Positions 37,404 through 52,070 of a stretch of 64,000 nucleotides of DNA are shown piece by piece. Source of the stretch: Trichoplax adhaerens. Taxonomy: Eukaryota > Animalia > Placozoa. The translations under genes and the position numbers were made by a program. The notes below the pieces were generated by a model, which saw nothing but the letters and a program-made list of their open reading frames with translations, ran no database searches and was not told where the DNA came from. The DNA is taken from NCBI RefSeq assembly GCF_000150275.1, contig NW_002060955.1, positions 1,532,287 through 1,596,286 on the forward strand. Direction: 5' to 3'. How positions within the stretch are numbered: the stretch's first letter is position 1; each line of letters begins with the position of its first letter.

Positions 37404-38751
37404 GGTAACCATATTTACGAACTGTTAAAAGTATCGGTATACTGTATGTGTTTTCTGTGATTTTTCAAGAATTACCGTATCTTTCATTATCGATACCTCA
37501 TATAAGTCAATTTCGCACTTCAAGACTTAAATCATATATTCTAAAAGCAGTATAGTGTTCAATTGTTTAAATGCAACCTTAATTTATGTATAATACGTCA
37601 AAATTATTTTTGTTTGTGCTATTGTTTATCATTATAAATATTTTCAACAGTAAACAAGTATATCAGGTCCCTTCTGAAACTAATATATTTAATCTATAAG
37701 TAGTTACTAATGAAATTAATTCTAATTCTTCAAAATTTTCAAGTAAAATATTTAATCATAGATTTAATTGTGTACAATACTTTGATTAGGAAATTATTGT
37801 ATACGTTTCCAGGGTGACTAATTTCAATGTTAAACATATGTATCATAGTCTTTCAGTAGGGTACCTTCAATCTTGTTAAAAGCTTAGTATGCGGTTGAAA
37901 TATCCACCAGAAAGTACTCAAAGTTTACACCTAGATAATAATCTGAATTGATGTCGCCAAATTTATTTTTATTTGCAACATAACTAAAGTACAATAACAG
38001 TTCTATATAACTATACCTACGAAAGATGCTCATGTATTTTACTTTAAATCTTTCTAGATAATATTCTAAGTTATCTGCTGATGAAATCATAATGCAACTT
38101 GCTAACAATTAGCACATTGTCAAAAAGCAACCGCCCTATAATAATAGTAAAGGCATTATTGAAGCCCCAGCACGGTCTTTTGATCAAGTTAAGAAAAAAA
38201 GTTAGGAATTGCCTATAAATTAAATATGAGCCACTGACGTCATGGATTTATAGAAACAATGCCATACGGGGAAAGCTTTATAATTTGGAAATATTAATTT
38301 AATAGACTCTTATACCCTTAATAAGTATTAGGTAACAATGTTACCGCAATATTTTTCATCCGTGAATACCATGTTCTACTTTAAAGTAGAAAATGGAAGC
38401 TGCATTCTTTCTAATGACCGCTTTTTTTTTTTGTATCTATTAGCCAACAATACTCTAGATAAAACGTATTATTTCTAAAACTAATACGTAGCTCTAAAAA
38501 TTATCATGAACAATATCTACCTATTGAAGGCATAAAGAATAGTTCATTGCTGTTCGACATGCTCTTACTGTACAGTATCAGACAAGATTTAATTCTAATT
38601 CAGTTTGCGATTTAATAATTTATTTACAATACGATAGAAAGATACTTTGTAATAATGTTATCGATGACCTCCATAGAAGACGGAGACACATTCAGTTAAA
38701 GGAAAATCTTCTGGAGTCTAGTTTCATTTCAATTAATAGTCTAAGGATATC

Positions 38752-39780
38752 ATGAATATTTCCCAATACCAACATAATTATACTTCAAGTATATATGCCA
38801 CCATTTATTCTTCAGCTTCCATCGCAGCTTTAATCTTATCGACAGCGGGATTATCAGTCAACATATTTTTACTTTATATTCTTGTAAACGATAGAAACTT
38901 TCGTAAAACAACTTATTACTTATTTTTAGTCTCTATCGTATCTGACACTATTTCTACTATCGCTACGATAGGAGGATATATACAAATTGTTCGGTATGAG
39001 TTAGCCTATGAAGGTGGAACATTAATGTGTCGAGCAGTCATGTTCACTATGTTTTCATCTTATAGTATTTCAATCATGACTTTTTGCTTAATCGGTATAG
39101 ATCGGTATTTTATCATCGTCAGACCACTCACTACAACTTATCGCATCTATAAGAATCATATCCTAATAACTAGTGAAATTGCGATTTGGATTTGTTCCTT
39201 ATCTGTTTCTGCTCCACTACTCAAATTTATGGGAGTTCATCGTGTAGACCCATTACTATGTGAATTCACTAAAATAACAACGCCAGTTTCAATCTATATC
39301 ATAACGTTTGTTACCATCCAATTTATTATTCCGGCGGTGACTATTGGATTATTCTACTGGAGAATCATTATTCATCAGAAAAATTATATTAAGCCAGGAG
39401 AATTAACGCAACAGTCCATTATTGAACAGCAGCTTCGAAAGCGAAAATTTATTAAAATGTTAATAAGTATATCTCTATCGTATATCTTTGCAACCTGGCC
39501 TTTTTTTGCTACAATACTTGGCTTTGCAATCACGCAAAAATCAGTATTGCAAATTCGGAGTGAAAATATTGTCATATTCTTATTCATATTTTTTTCAATA
39601 TCAGCAACGACTAGTATTACTATTTTGAATCCATTTCTGTATCTAAAATTTGATTCCAAGATTCGAAATCAATCAATTCTAGTATTTAAGCGTTTAGGTA
39701 GGAAACGCTATCTGCAATCAACATCCACGTCATTAGTTGTCCTAAATCACGAGGCTCTTACTAGATCGCAGGGTATATAA
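38752..39780 (+). CDS. Intronless class A GPCR, array member 4
   Basis: 342 aa; LIGIDRYFIIVRP, HQKNYIKPG, ATWPFF, NPFLY. Confidence 0.95.
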   Translation: MNISQYQHNYTSSIYATIYSSASIAALILSTAGLSVNIFLLYILVNDRNFRKTTYYLFLVSIVSDTISTIATIGGYIQIVRYELAYEGGTLMCRAVMFTMFSSYSISIMTFCLIGIDRYFIIVRPLTTTYRIYKNHILITSEIAIWICSLSVSAPLLKFMGVHRVDPLLCEFTKITTPVSIYIITFVTIQFIIPAVTIGLFYWRIIIHQKNYIKPGELTQQSIIEQQLRKRKFIKMLISISLSYIFATWPFFATILGFAITQKSVLQIRSENIVIFLFIFFSISATTSITILNPFLYLKFDSKIRNQSILVFKRLGRKRYLQSTSTSLVVLNHEALTRSQGI

Positions 39781-40899
39781 GGATTTATTGAAAATTTCTA
39801 GCTTGTGACTACGTTTTACGAAATACGGACTCAAGAAATAAATACTTGATTATTGATTACTTTTGTTCTTACAACTACAGGCAGACAGACTCAAAAGAAA
39901 TAATTTTATTACTTTCTAATAGCCATAATTAAATTGATATACAGTATGTGAAAGTAATAAAATTATTGATATTAAAGGCAAGCAACTCCAAGGAACACAA
40001 AGGCCACAATCTTATTGATGGAAGGAATCAGTAAATCATAAGCTGGAGAAGCTAATAATTCATTCAAAAATAGAATATTTTTCACTCACTTTACTATTAT
40101 TTGTAAAAATATTAATAATCTAGTACCAACATAAAGGATGTTGCTATCATTTTACTTAATAAGCCAAACATTTTTCACACGCTTACTGAATTGATTAACT
40201 TAAAGAAGAGAAAAATGTATCATATCTTGCCGGTGATAATTTATAACTCAATTTGATTATAAATAATGATGCTAATGCTCCCTTCTTTTGCTAGCAAGTT
40301 CATCTGGCTAAAAAGATAGAAACTGCCAAATAATTACGATTATAGCTATATTATTTAAGCACGCCCATTTCAAAGTAATGGCAAGGAGTAGCAGTATATG
40401 CGTTTGTAAATGATAGATTCCAATTTTAAATCGCCATTGATTTTATAACCTTTATGAGGGTAACAGCTGCCATGGCTTCTAAAGGCTCCAAGGATATTCG
40501 ATATTCCGATCACCAATGTAGGGAATACTGCGAAGTAAAAGTGTGTTTTACTAGTGTTAATATCATTGGCCATTATATATTCGGCAGAGAAGCAAATATT
40601 GAAATGGTCTCACATGGTCTATGCGAAGGCAAATCAAATAATTATGTCATCGATACGGAGTAACTTTTGCATAGCTGTCGTAACATACTATAGTTTCCAT
40701 AAGATAACTTACCCAGGAATGTCTTATATTAATTTATATATGACACTTTATATATTTCAATAGACAACTACATACTTGTAAAATATTATCAATGTGCTGA
40801 TAATTAATATTTATAAAAATTTACTATAAATTGATTGATATTTTAATAAAGTTTGGATTCAGTTTTATCTAAGAGAGGCTGGTAGTGTTACTGTTCCTT

Positions 40900-42800
40900 T
40901 TGACGATAGCAGATCATCAGAATCTGGGGTGATAATGTAGCAACATAGATGTAGGTGAAGGAAAACCTTATAGAGGACTTGTAGTTCTAGTTTTTTGTAG
41001 AGCTTTATTTATTCCGTCATCATATGTTTCGATTTGGCACACTTACTTATTTGCTTCGGAAATACTATGGAAATTGTAATTCTAAGCATTCATCTTTCTT
41101 ATAATACAGACTATTTAAAAACTATTGTACCATAGAATAGCTGCTCTAAGTTATTTTGTAAACTGTAAATGAGTTAGATTTATAGCCATTCTCAAAATAT
41201 ATTAGTCAACTAATTTCATTGATTTTGAGAAAGTCAATTCACTTATAGATTATAACTTAAATGATTAGTTGGTCGAAGCTAATTTTAACCTGTCATTTGA
41301 ACTACTGTATGGAGTAAGTCCAGTCAAAGCCTTTATGTACCAATGCACATCGAAATCAAGATTTTTGAAGTGCTAATATACCTAAATTATTGATGAAACA
41401 ATAAAAATAACAGGGCGTCGTTATAAACTAGTTTCGAAATTAGGGGTATGTAAAAACAGATCTCTAAGTTACTGAAGTATGTGCGATCCAACATTCTTGA
41501 ACTATTTAGCAGGAACTTAGGTGCCTTTATTTTGATTTTATACTGTGATAAGTGCTACTTTAGTATAACTGATTGCGTTCGAGGTTTTCTATCATTGGAA
41601 CGATACCAAGATTAACGAGCACGTTCTTCTGTCTGTTTTTTTGTCCTATACAGATTGCTATTTTTATACGCTACGACGTATATTTTCCTATCTAATGTAA
41701 CGCAATCTAATACTTAACATATTTTTATAATAATGATGTATCTTCATAATATTTCTGATTCCTGTCAGACGCCTGATAACTAGTATATTCTGCTTAATGA
41801 AATCCTAACACACCTTACGAACGAAATATCAGTATTTATTTGTCGCTATCTGATTAGATAAGAAGATTATGTTTATTATGTTTCCATATTTCTCTATATA
41901 TATGCTTTTAAGTAACCATTGTATGTAGTTGTTATCTTGAGTATGACGTTTCTAGTATGCGATTCTCGTTTTCGGTCGTTCAATGAATTTTCCTTAATAA
42001 AGTACTAGCATTTACAAAGAACTGTTTTATAAATGTTTTCAGAGTGATTTGTATCGTATTTTATACTGTTATTTTCCTCTGAATGTTACAAATCAAGATT
42101 TGCGACAAGCATCTAAAGTCTTCACTATTTCCTACAATCAGCTGGTATAATATAGTCTATGATGGTATATGTCGTATCGAATTCTACAATGCTGTTCTCT
42201 GCATGTCTTCAGTCTCAAAGACAATAAGTACCACACTGTTAATTTTTGTTTCGGATTTGTTAGTCGCATTTGTCCCTACTGAGATCCACGTACGCTATTT
42301 CACGGCAGCTCACACACTGATCCATTAATAACTATCGCACTGCAGCCGGTTAATATCTGCAACAAAATATTCATATTTCGAATAAAACATTTCGTTTAAT
42401 TCTGTAAATGGCTACTTAGTCCGCATCCGCTGGCTCTTCGTAATCCTTATCACACACAGTTTAATTGATTGTAAAGCATGGTATTTGATTGCTTAAAGTC
42501 AAAATATTATTACTTGTATTACATCAAGAATAGGTAGTTATAAGTTTTAATGACAGAGTGATGGACAGAAGCTGTTTGTAGTTAATTAATGAAAACCAAC
42601 ACCAAAGCCCAGCCAATTACAATAAAATTTAGTATTACATGGATGGTACAGTAAAATTCCATAGATTGTAATAAATGTGTAGAAATATGGTTAGATAGCA
42701 AAGTTAATGGTTAATAATATTAGAACAATAATATTTTTGATAAGTCATGTCCGATTGTGAAGGCTGAATGTCAATTACAGCTTTAAAATTATACCTACTT
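40900..42800 (+). pseudogene. Decayed LRR-TM-TIR-TIR ghost 3
   Basis: LRR-like IHLSYN (41088) and NELDL* (41168); hydrophobic LGAFILILY (~41518); TIR box1-like SVFLSYTDCYFYTLRRIFSYLM*RNL (41632); second TIR-like YLIA*SQN..DGQKLFV (42482-42580) after solo LTR 42043-42454. Confidence 0.5.
42043..42454 (+). mobile_element. Old solo LTR family I
   Basis: Diverged homolog of 50030-50493; ends ATCACA; degraded TSD TTCAG/CACAG. Confidence 0.65.
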
Positions 42801-43638
42801 ACCTCAATAATATCGTGAGAATCTAAGTAAATTACTCTAATTTGATAATTACAGGTAAACATCAAAATATTTTATATGAGTCAATTCCAAAAATTATTAG
42901 CCAATCAATTTTAAGCCATTCAATAGGTTTTAAATTGATATCTTTAGCCATAAATGTGATTTAAGAAAAAAGAGTCCTATTTTAAAACCATATCTCTAAC
43001 ATTGTATGAATGCCTTCATAACTTACAAACGAGTATTATGAGCCCCTAGCAGTTATAGATATAATTTTTCGACACTGTAGGATCGAATTTATTAAGAAAT
43101 CGATCTGAATCTTATTTAATAAAGCTCGCCTTTAATTAAATGTTGATTTATTAACAGATCCTGGACCATAGATTCTAATATTTACAGCAAATTGTATTAT
43201 TCCACACTTTGTTCCACGAATTATATTTAAACAAAAAAGATCCTTAAAATCAGTATGTCACTCAACGCTAAATTTTTGGCGACAATTACACTCAATAATA
43301 GAAATTATATTTGTTTAAACGCTATTAAAGCCTTAAGACTGCTTTTTAATCAGCTGCAGCAGATGGATATTTAACACAAGCGTCCATAATTGATTCAATT
43401 ATATTTCACAATTCGTATGATGTAGTTTAAGTCTCATTCTTTTTCGGTTAACTAGCTATAATGGACACAATTATTGTTTCAGTAATTACAATGGATAGCA
43501 TAACTATTTTTATAACATAAAATGTTTTATTTCTCGTTTATTGCAGATTTATGTCGAAAAGTAATTAAAATTTTAGTATGTATTCTAGTCAAGTACGGTT
43601 TTAACAAGAATTATCATCAAATTTAGATGCTTAGTCCT

Positions 43639-43876
43639 TGGCTATCCAATATGAGCTAAATTTCATGAACTGTTAAAAGTCATACATGATAGCTGCTGCC
43701 GAAGGGTATTTAAACTCGGCAGATAGTTGAATAAAAGAAGACTTCTATAGTTGTTTAGTTTAGAAGCAAAGGCATCTAAATTCTTGTGAGGTAGTTAAGG
43801 GATACTGAATCCCGGAGACTATAGTAATTTGGAGATTTGTTTAACGTCATCTTTGTCACGAAGCTGGTTTGTAACA
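43639..43876 (+). mobile_element. Short family A-related LTR
   Basis: From ~43690 it matches the TATA-R-U5 half of family A; TG..CA ends flanked by GTCCT on both sides. Confidence 0.7.
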
Positions 43877-44066
43877 GTCCTAGTTGCCTTATAGCTAAAA
43901 ATTTAATTTTTTGGTCAATAATATCTGTATTTAAAAGTACTTCTTATGAAATCCGGTTGATAGACTGACTTTCTCAAGAAATAATAATAAATTATACCAA
44001 TCACACTAATCTTGAACGTAATCACGATCACCAAAAGGAATTTTATGATAAAGTTTATGCTTTCAC

Positions 44067-44510
44067 TGTGTTGTAATTTGGTATTGTTTAGAGTCTATGT
44101 TGTATACTCTTACTTATTACTGTTACTAATACGCATGGATATCATCCTGCTGTACAACATAAGATAGACTAACTTTATTGGCACTTGTGTTAATAAGAGA
44201 GCTATATCCAGTCAGGTAATCTGACTTATCTGTAACCGACCAGAAGCCGAAAGACTACATACTTATAACTATGCACATCGTGCAATCAATAATTCAAGGG
44301 TTCTAGTGTCAAGAGATACTCTCTAAATAGCGAAGCTCTCGAGATATCTTTTGACGAGAACATTAGTGGTAGATAACCTCTTACATTGCTAAGAGTAGTT
44401 CTAATTCGATTTGGATAGAAGTTAATAAACGTAAGCTGTATAGTGTATAGATTACACAAGTATTACTTCATCCCTGAGTCTTTACCGGAGTACCTCGACG
44501 CCAAGTCACA
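44067..44510 (+). mobile_element. Solo LTR family L inserted in the GPCR pseudogene N-terminus
   Basis: TGTG..CACA, TSD TTCAC/TTGAC, AATAAA 44424; interrupts the GPCR frame at VYAFT. Confidence 0.75.
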
Positions 44511-45147
44511 TTGACATATATAGACATCAATGGCGACAATTACAACATACTGTTCTAACAGAAATTTTCTTCCTAGCACTAAGACTCATTGTTAACTATT
44601 TTTACTATTTATTTTTGCTATAAGAAATTATTTTAGAAAGGTCACCAATTATTTAATAATGATTTCAGTAGCCTCAGATACCATTTATAATCAGCTCTCA
44701 ATTACTATATTTATTCAGATGGCTGAATATCGATATGACTATAATAGTGGAATAATTATATGTCAATTGCTTTAATTTCCATTTTAGCATCTTACTACAT
44801 TTCTTGTTTGGCATTAGCAATAATTACAATAGATTTTTATTTAGTGACAGTTTGTCTTTTATCCTTACTTTATCGACTAAATAGAAAGTAGATCTTCATG
44901 CTATCCCAAACTATAGTATTTGTAGCAGCAATATCTATATCTATTCCGTTATTCTTCGAAACATCAGTCTATCATGAAGATGCTTACGTATGCAATATAC
45001 GAATAATTCTTTAAAGAAGTAGATTTTATTGCATAGTCGGCATATTGTAACTCATCATACCAATAGAATGAGAATCGTATTTATAGTCTGTGCGAAGGCT
45101 ATTATGTCACACAGAAACTACTGAAGAAAACAATTGGTAACAATCAA

Positions 45148-45581
45148 TGTTACGAGCTAGGAATAGCCCTAACTCGCAACAAGAATTGAGAGAGTAATTT
45201 CTATCCTATACTACTATTATTTAGAATACCAGTCAATTAGTATTCGAAGGTAGATAATCGTATTAAATTTACTGTATCAGTATTAAAATAATCACTGCTT
45301 AATAATAGTCTAACAGATACATATTAAGCTATCCTACTAAGACATTTCCTCTAAAACTTAAGTATTGCAGTTTGAACATTAACGACCTTAGAAGTTATAG
45401 ATACAGTCCAGTTTAACTGATTGCCAATTACTATTTTATTCTATCTAATCCTAAATTAAGGATATCATCTGTTAACCGCTAAAGTTACTATTAAGGAGAC
45501 CGTAAATATTTCTGAGATATAAAAATATATAGAACGAAACATAGAAATAAAATATACTTAAGGAAGATTACTTTCGTGACC
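45148..45581 (-). mobile_element. Solo LTR family D (internally deleted) in ICL3 of the GPCR pseudogene
   Basis: Homolog of 20616-21234 lacking ~185 bp; TSD ATCAA/ATGAA. Confidence 0.85.
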
Positions 45582-47099
45582 ATGAATTATCATAATAAAA
45601 GCCCTTACCTTTGAAGAAAACCAACCATAACTATTGCTTATATACTTTAAATGCAGTAATGTTAAAAAGGTTGCTCAAAAAATGACTGAGCACCGTATTG
45701 TTATTTGTAATTGCTAGAATGCTATAGTTTATCATAGAATAATAGAATTTTACAGTATATCTTTTGCCTTTTATATTAATTCTTGCAACAACCTTAAGCA
45801 TTTAAGTGGGATATTCCTCGTTCGAGCAGTAAAATTTGTATCTGTAAGGAGCGTGTTACTACTAAATTTTATAAAAGTATAGTCATCAATAATGATAACA
45901 TATTAAAGTGCAATTTTTGCTGATAAGACTGCGGGATAGTTCGTAAGTATGGGTTCCTTATGATAATTAGTTAATCAGTATTGAAGAATTTTTAAACTTT
46001 TAGATAAGATATGGTCAAAACTTTATTAGTCTGTAAAGCCAGCCTTCATTACCAGTGACCTTTTTACAGCAGATACATGTGTCTACATTAATTTACAATT
46101 AATGTAAAGCGGTTACTATTGCAAATACACTTATGTATTTATGTTTATATTAGCTCAGCTACTGTGAAATCATTTCTTGTTTTTAATAGTGTCAACAGGA
46201 AATGTATTGAAGTATTGAAAATATCACGAAGGATATTATCTTTCCGTCCTAACTTCTTAATGAGTAGATATTCTAGCATATATTAGTATTAATCAATAAT
46301 GCCCTCATAAAGTAAAGGAAAGCAATAATCTAGTAGTAGTTTAATAGTATAACCTTGTCTTAAAAATTATTCGTCTTTCTAAAGGTAGATAATGAGTTTA
46401 CTTTTGTTTCCATTGCAGTAAAATTAAAATTTAAAATATAAATCTTGGGTTTCATTGTCCAATCTACATTAAGTACCATGAACATAGTCTATCATGGTTG
46501 GATATTTACTGATTTCCTTTGATGAGCATCATTATTACTAATTCACAAGAGGGTAATTCATGTTGCTCACCTAAATATTTTTCAATAGTTAACTGCAATA
46601 GCATGTAAAACAAATATTGGCAAAGCTCGGAGGAGGGTCATGAATGTCTCAGTCTGGTGCAGCAACCTTCTTATCCTATGTAACTTTTTCTAAATTACCA
46701 TTAGCTTATGCTATAGCCAGACTATGAAATATCTAATCTGCATAATCCTTCCCTGTATTTATTATGTTAAAGTTATTATAATTGTAATTTTGATAATATA
46801 ATTAATCATCAATTCAATCGTTCCACATTTCATAATTATCTTTTCGTTCCTTATTTTACATTACCTCAAATATGAACTCTGATCGTTGTTGTTTGTGTCT
46901 TCTAGCTAGCTAGGGTAATAGTCATATACCGGTACTGAGTTGGATAAGATTCTCATAGTTTTATAGCAATACCCTGTAAATTATGTCGGTCGTAGTATAT
47001 TAGGAAGATATTGAAGTAAAATTTTGTAGCCTATGTTTAATTAAGTAAACCAGTCATACGCGAAGATTATTACCGGTACTACCTATTTCCTAAGAAAAT

Positions 47100-49260
47100 A
47101 TTTTTCGTTTTCGAGTAATGAAGCATTCATTTGAAAAAAATTGGAACCTTAAGGAAGAAGTAAATGGATTAAGGCCCCTACAAGGGAGATTTTACGGTAA
47201 ACTAAGCTGAGGAGTCCTACAATGCATAATAGTATGATAATATCTTCGTGCATGAAAATGTATAGAAATATCTTCCTAATTGATTTCAAAAGATATGTTA
47301 TAGTAATCAAACAAGGTCGCAATATTTCCTCATTGATTTGAAAAGATGTCTAATATAACATATACAAGGATTATCAAGCAATAGCACTATAATTTATCGG
47401 AACATTTTTGATAATCAGTCATGAGAATTTGTAGATCCTTTCATTCACGTCGAGTTTAACCAACATTAAGAGTTGTATTCTAATTTAAAGACTAAAATAA
47501 AAAAGCTTACTGTCTACTGTATTGCAGGTATGGAAAAATTTAAAGATAATATAGTACGATACTATTGAGCATAGGTTGGTATGATCATGATTTGGATTTA
47601 TTTGGTACTAATCTTAACTTATAACTAACGTAATAGATAATTTCTAAATCCTTAATTGGTAGATTTTAAAAATGTGTTTCTATGAATGGTACTAGCTCGT
47701 AAATCTTTCTGATGATTTAGTGTATTACATATAACTAACTTCAGATGCCCATTTCGCTATACGGATAGTATCAAAGACTAGAGTTACTTTAACAAGCAGG
47801 TCTTAATATTGCAGTTAAAATGAGACCCATCATTAAGTTACTGTTTCATATCTGAAATTTTATATATCTTATTATTGTATTCATCTATAATTAGGATACA
47901 AAGTTAAATTAAATTTTAATACGAACGTAATTAAGCGATTTTCCATTCTCGAGCAAATTTATTTTATTCAGCCTTTTCCTTATTACTAGGCTAAATAATG
48001 GCAATTCAATTAAATCATTCACATTCACTGATTTGGCTTTTGCTCAAAATTTGAATCTTAGCTATGGTTATTTTAAAACTATTCCTCCCAATATTTATTA
48101 TTATCACTTACGGTAAGATTTAGATGCATGAGTATGCGCATAAATTTCTTATATTGCTCAACAAGATTTAAGGATTAATTCTTACTAAAATTTGTTCTTC
48201 TTTCCGCTTAAGAATCGATGTATCTATTAGCACCTTCTCTTATTTAGTGAAGATAAGATTAACGGCTGTAATTAACCTTCACTTTGGACAAAACTAGAAT
48301 CGTTTACGATATTGAATGATAGGGGAAATGCTCGCTTGTTATTCTTTATTAGAGTTCAGTGCAAAAGCAACCGGAAATTAAAATCCTTTAAGAGCCCTTA
48401 TTAATGCTATAATATTATGCAGAGATATATGGTAAATTACGTTTGTTTAAATTACATTTGTCAGACCAGTAGCTTGTGTTGTAAACTTATATATCTAATA
48501 AGTGTGATCACATAGACAGTAACTATATACGAATGCATAGTGTATTGGCCATATTTCTTGTTTTGATAAATTGTAATTGGTGACAGTTATGATGAATTAT
48601 TTTAAATTAATACACTTTGTTTAAATAGATTTAGATCCGACAGGGAGGCAATATAAAAGCTGAGATTTACATGCTCTATAAAGTGTTATAGCAGGTATTG
48701 CACGTTCGAGCACTAGATTAATATGTTCGCTTTACGCGAACAAACAAATTTATATCATTAGTGAAACTTTTAATAGAGATATTACTTAAGCGTTAAATGA
48801 TAGCTTACGTTTTTCATTTTAATTGCACTATGGTAAAAAATATCATATCAAAAACATTTTTGCCAATTCTACTTTCTCCGTAATATCGATTTTATTCACC
48901 ATTTAGTATTGTTTGCATTTTGCTGGTTATTTCTGCAGACCTTCCTGTACAGTTCTCGCTTGAGTATTAGAGCACAGGTAAGTTCTATTTAAGAGATTAG
49001 TCTATTATTTTTAGAAATAGTAAATGTTTTGTTACGGACAATAACATCGAATTTTAAGCACAATAAAGGATTATAACGACCACTTGCCGCCAAAGTTATT
49101 GAGAAAAACATCAATTTAACGAGACGAAATTCTCTGATACGAGGTTCAATAAAGATTTTTATTTTAGAACTTGCTATAATGGTAAGATTAAGGAATGCAA
49201 ATAAGCATAGAAATTAAACCAATGCCGATCAACATGCTAAATACTTTATACATATTGATT
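47100..49260 (+). pseudogene. Decayed LRR-TM-TIR-TIR ghost 4
   Basis: LRR-like LSSNSTIIYRNIFDN (47371) and TKIKKLTVYCIAGMEKFK (47491); LRRCT-like VQCKSN (48354); TIR-like TLCLN/DLDPTGRQY..SVIAGIARSSTRLIC (48611-48726); second TIR-like TRRNSLIRGSIKIFILELAI (49119). Confidence 0.45.
47267..47370. repeat. ~54-bp tandem duplication
   Basis: AATAT..CCT.ATTGATTT.AAAAGAT..ACAAGG occurs at 47267 and 47321. Confidence 0.65.
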
Positions 49261-50029
49261 ACTTGTAATCGATGCCGAATTGCTTAATTATATCCCTTTC
49301 GAACTTAATTCATTTAGTGAATTATAATGCATATGTAACGAAGCCTCTTAACATAAACGTGGTCTAGCAAGATAAAATTTTAATAATAGTCTGACTACTT
49401 TATAGTAGAACTGTAACGGTAGGCAATTTACACAGATCTAGAGGTGCGAAAAATAACTAAGAGAAATGACAATTCTGCTCACATGCTCTGCTTGTTTACA
49501 TCAAGGAAATTACAAACAAAAACATAAGACAACATTGCTTATTATCTAACAGGCTTTAAATACACATAATCTCAGTCGCAAATGGCGCTGATTACGGGAA
49601 TAAGATTCATTTCCGGTTCCTTACCGAATAGGATTACTAGTACTGAAATAAGTTACTACAGACATAACTTCATGAAATAACCAATCAACAGTCTAGGGAC
49701 TATCGCCTCTATAAGGATATTAGAATTAGTATATACTTAATAACCATACACATTTACACAATCCTAAACAAAATCATCAAATAGCCTTTGTTGCATTTCT
49801 ATTTATGTGACACAATGTGCGTGCGAAAAGCTTTATAATTATCCAAATTTAGTGTAAAACTAAAATTAGCATATCTATACTATCGCAAATATCGAATAAG
49901 ATTCACTTATAAATGCTTACTTAATTATACTATTTTAACTTGTATCTAATTTTACTTCTGCATAGATATTGACAATAACAATTAAATTCATGATCTTTAC
50001 AGATGCTACTACAAAGCTTATATACGTAT

Positions 50030-50493
50030 TGTAGTGTATTTAGAATGTACTGGAACTATATTCTAGTCTAAAACATAGACATGTTGTATTGATCTTATAT
50101 TTAGATATATCTACAGTCTGTTCGCTCTACATTCAAATATGGCTTACTACATTTAGTTATTACAGTCCTCGCTATTTTCTACAATCGTCTGCTATTCTAT
50201 AACCTGTTATGGTATATGTTGTATCTAATCCTACAATTATGTTCTCTGCATGTGTTCTAATGCCATAGCTATAAATGCTGCCGTTTTCTACCTTAGATTT
50301 GTTAAGTTGCATTATTAGTCGCAGTTAGTATTCACACTGTACTCACGGCAGCTACCACGCTGACCTACCGTAATTATCACACTGTACCTAACTACTATCT
50401 ACAATAAAGTATCCTCTTTTCTTAAGCTCCTTGTGCAATTCTCTGCATTGCAACTAAAACCACATTATCTGACTCTTCGAACCCTCCATCACA
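50030..50493 (+). mobile_element. Solo LTR family I
   Basis: TGT..ACA, TSD CGTAT; TATAAA 50270, AATAAA 50403. Confidence 0.85.
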
Positions 50494-50928
50494 CGTATAT
50501 AGATATTATTGCATTTATTGACGTCATATATTTTACTTTAATAACGCAATTATCTGTATCTCGCTTTTCTACAATTGCCAATAGACATTTTAACAAGAAA
50601 TATATCAGTTTACTAAGGATCTAGAAAACTATTCTTTAAAAATAAATAATTGTCGAATTAACTAAGAAACTAGAGGAGAATTTTGCTTGTTTTCAATAGG
50701 ATCAGCTAATGGTTCTATACGTCAGTCCATTGCTTATTCTTACAATTTTCATTATTACTAATAATCATAAAAATAGTAAATAAAATTACTGCTTTATTAC
50801 TATTCAGAGCAATTTACAATTTCGTTCAAAACAGGTGAATGCTTGCAGTTTAAGATTAATCTTTACCAATGAATGGAGTTATCGATATTACTACGCAATA
50901 TATTTCCGCATATTTATATAAGTAACAT

Positions 50929-51465
50929 TGTGACGGAGTACAGACTCCGTAAATTAATCGTAGCGTTAGTTTCAGTAATTAAGATTTTATTAGTTGTTAA
51001 TAACCTTTATTTATTAGGTACTCGTTAATTATAATTTTATTAGCAGTCTAATCATACTTGTTGTAGACTCTGTGCAGAATAGTTTACTTACAGAGGTGAC
51101 AACTAATATTCACACGTAGTAATTTCTGTTACTTTATGCCGACCCTTTGATTGTTAATTGGCTCTTAATTAGTTCGTAACTCGTTAGTGTTGTTTACGCC
51201 GTCTGCCATACTAAACCATATAGACAGCCGGCTATACGAACCTATATATTTTTAGGGTTATTTGCCTAAGCTGTGCGCCGAGTGCAGCCGAGCTAGAGTA
51301 TATAAAGCCCGGTGCTTTCATTAGCTAGTGAGTTGATGACGATTGACCGTGTAGTGTACGTGTGTAATTAGAGTAGTCTTGGATATCAAGACTACCTTGG
51401 TTTAATAAACTAATTTAAAAGCCTAAGTTTAGTCTGCTCTTAGCTTTTCTTGAGCTGACACGACA
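50929..51465 (+). mobile_element. Solo LTR family G
   Basis: TGT..ACA, TSD AACAT; TATATAAA 51299, AATAAA 51404. Confidence 0.9.
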
Positions 51466-52070
51466 AACATTAATGATATTCACCATCCTTAATTATATAA
51501 TTACTTGATAAAATTTTTGCGTCATTTTGTATTTCATTATGGTGTATTGGGTGAAAAGTTAGGTAGATGAAATAATTTAAACTGTCACATATTCACAGCA
51601 GTCCTATTGAACGCATACAGAAAGTTTATACTACACTACAAGATTTCAAATATACTTTAAAATTCAAAGCAGTGTTTTCTTAGCCCAACCTCAGCAGAAC
51701 TAAACACAAGTGAGTATACAGAAACGACATTTCGGATTTGTAAGCCAAGTTTAAAGTAGCTGCTTATTGTTCAAATCTTTTTAGTTTCATACTATTCAAT
51801 TCATACTTTAGCCCGAATAATGTAAAGCAACATTGGCATCATACAAGGCTGGAAAGGACAAAAAAAACGTCTGATTAGACTAGATTAAACTATTCTACCT
51901 TACTGTATTATCTCCCTTAGTAAAAACAAATTAGCGGTAAATTTGCTGGCAGTAATTAACTATTAATGTATTTATGTAAAATTAAAAGCAATTTAAAAGG
52001 TCACTATGTATCGTCCTCTTGTAAAAATAATTTTCAAACATTAAATTTGAAATCTTTATGTATAAGATCC

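Larger units (their letters stand above)
43981..45850 (+). pseudogene. Older GPCR pseudogene interrupted by two solo LTRs
   Basis: Manual translation: NYTNHT..HDHQKEFYDKVYAFT (43990-44066), LTR, FLLFIFAIRNYFRKVTNYLIMISVASDTI..YDYNSGIIICQLL*, LASYYISCLALAIITIDFY.., YHEDAYVC, IMSHRNY*, LTR, KRLLKK*LSTVLLFVI. The 3' end is approximate. Confidence 0.82.

Noticed and set aside
40370-40763. Three overlapping ~69-aa ORFs
   Set aside because: No recognisable motif; short ORFs of this size are expected by chance.
49334-49812. Possible LTR starting TGTAACG
   Set aside because: No matching end with a TSD could be found.
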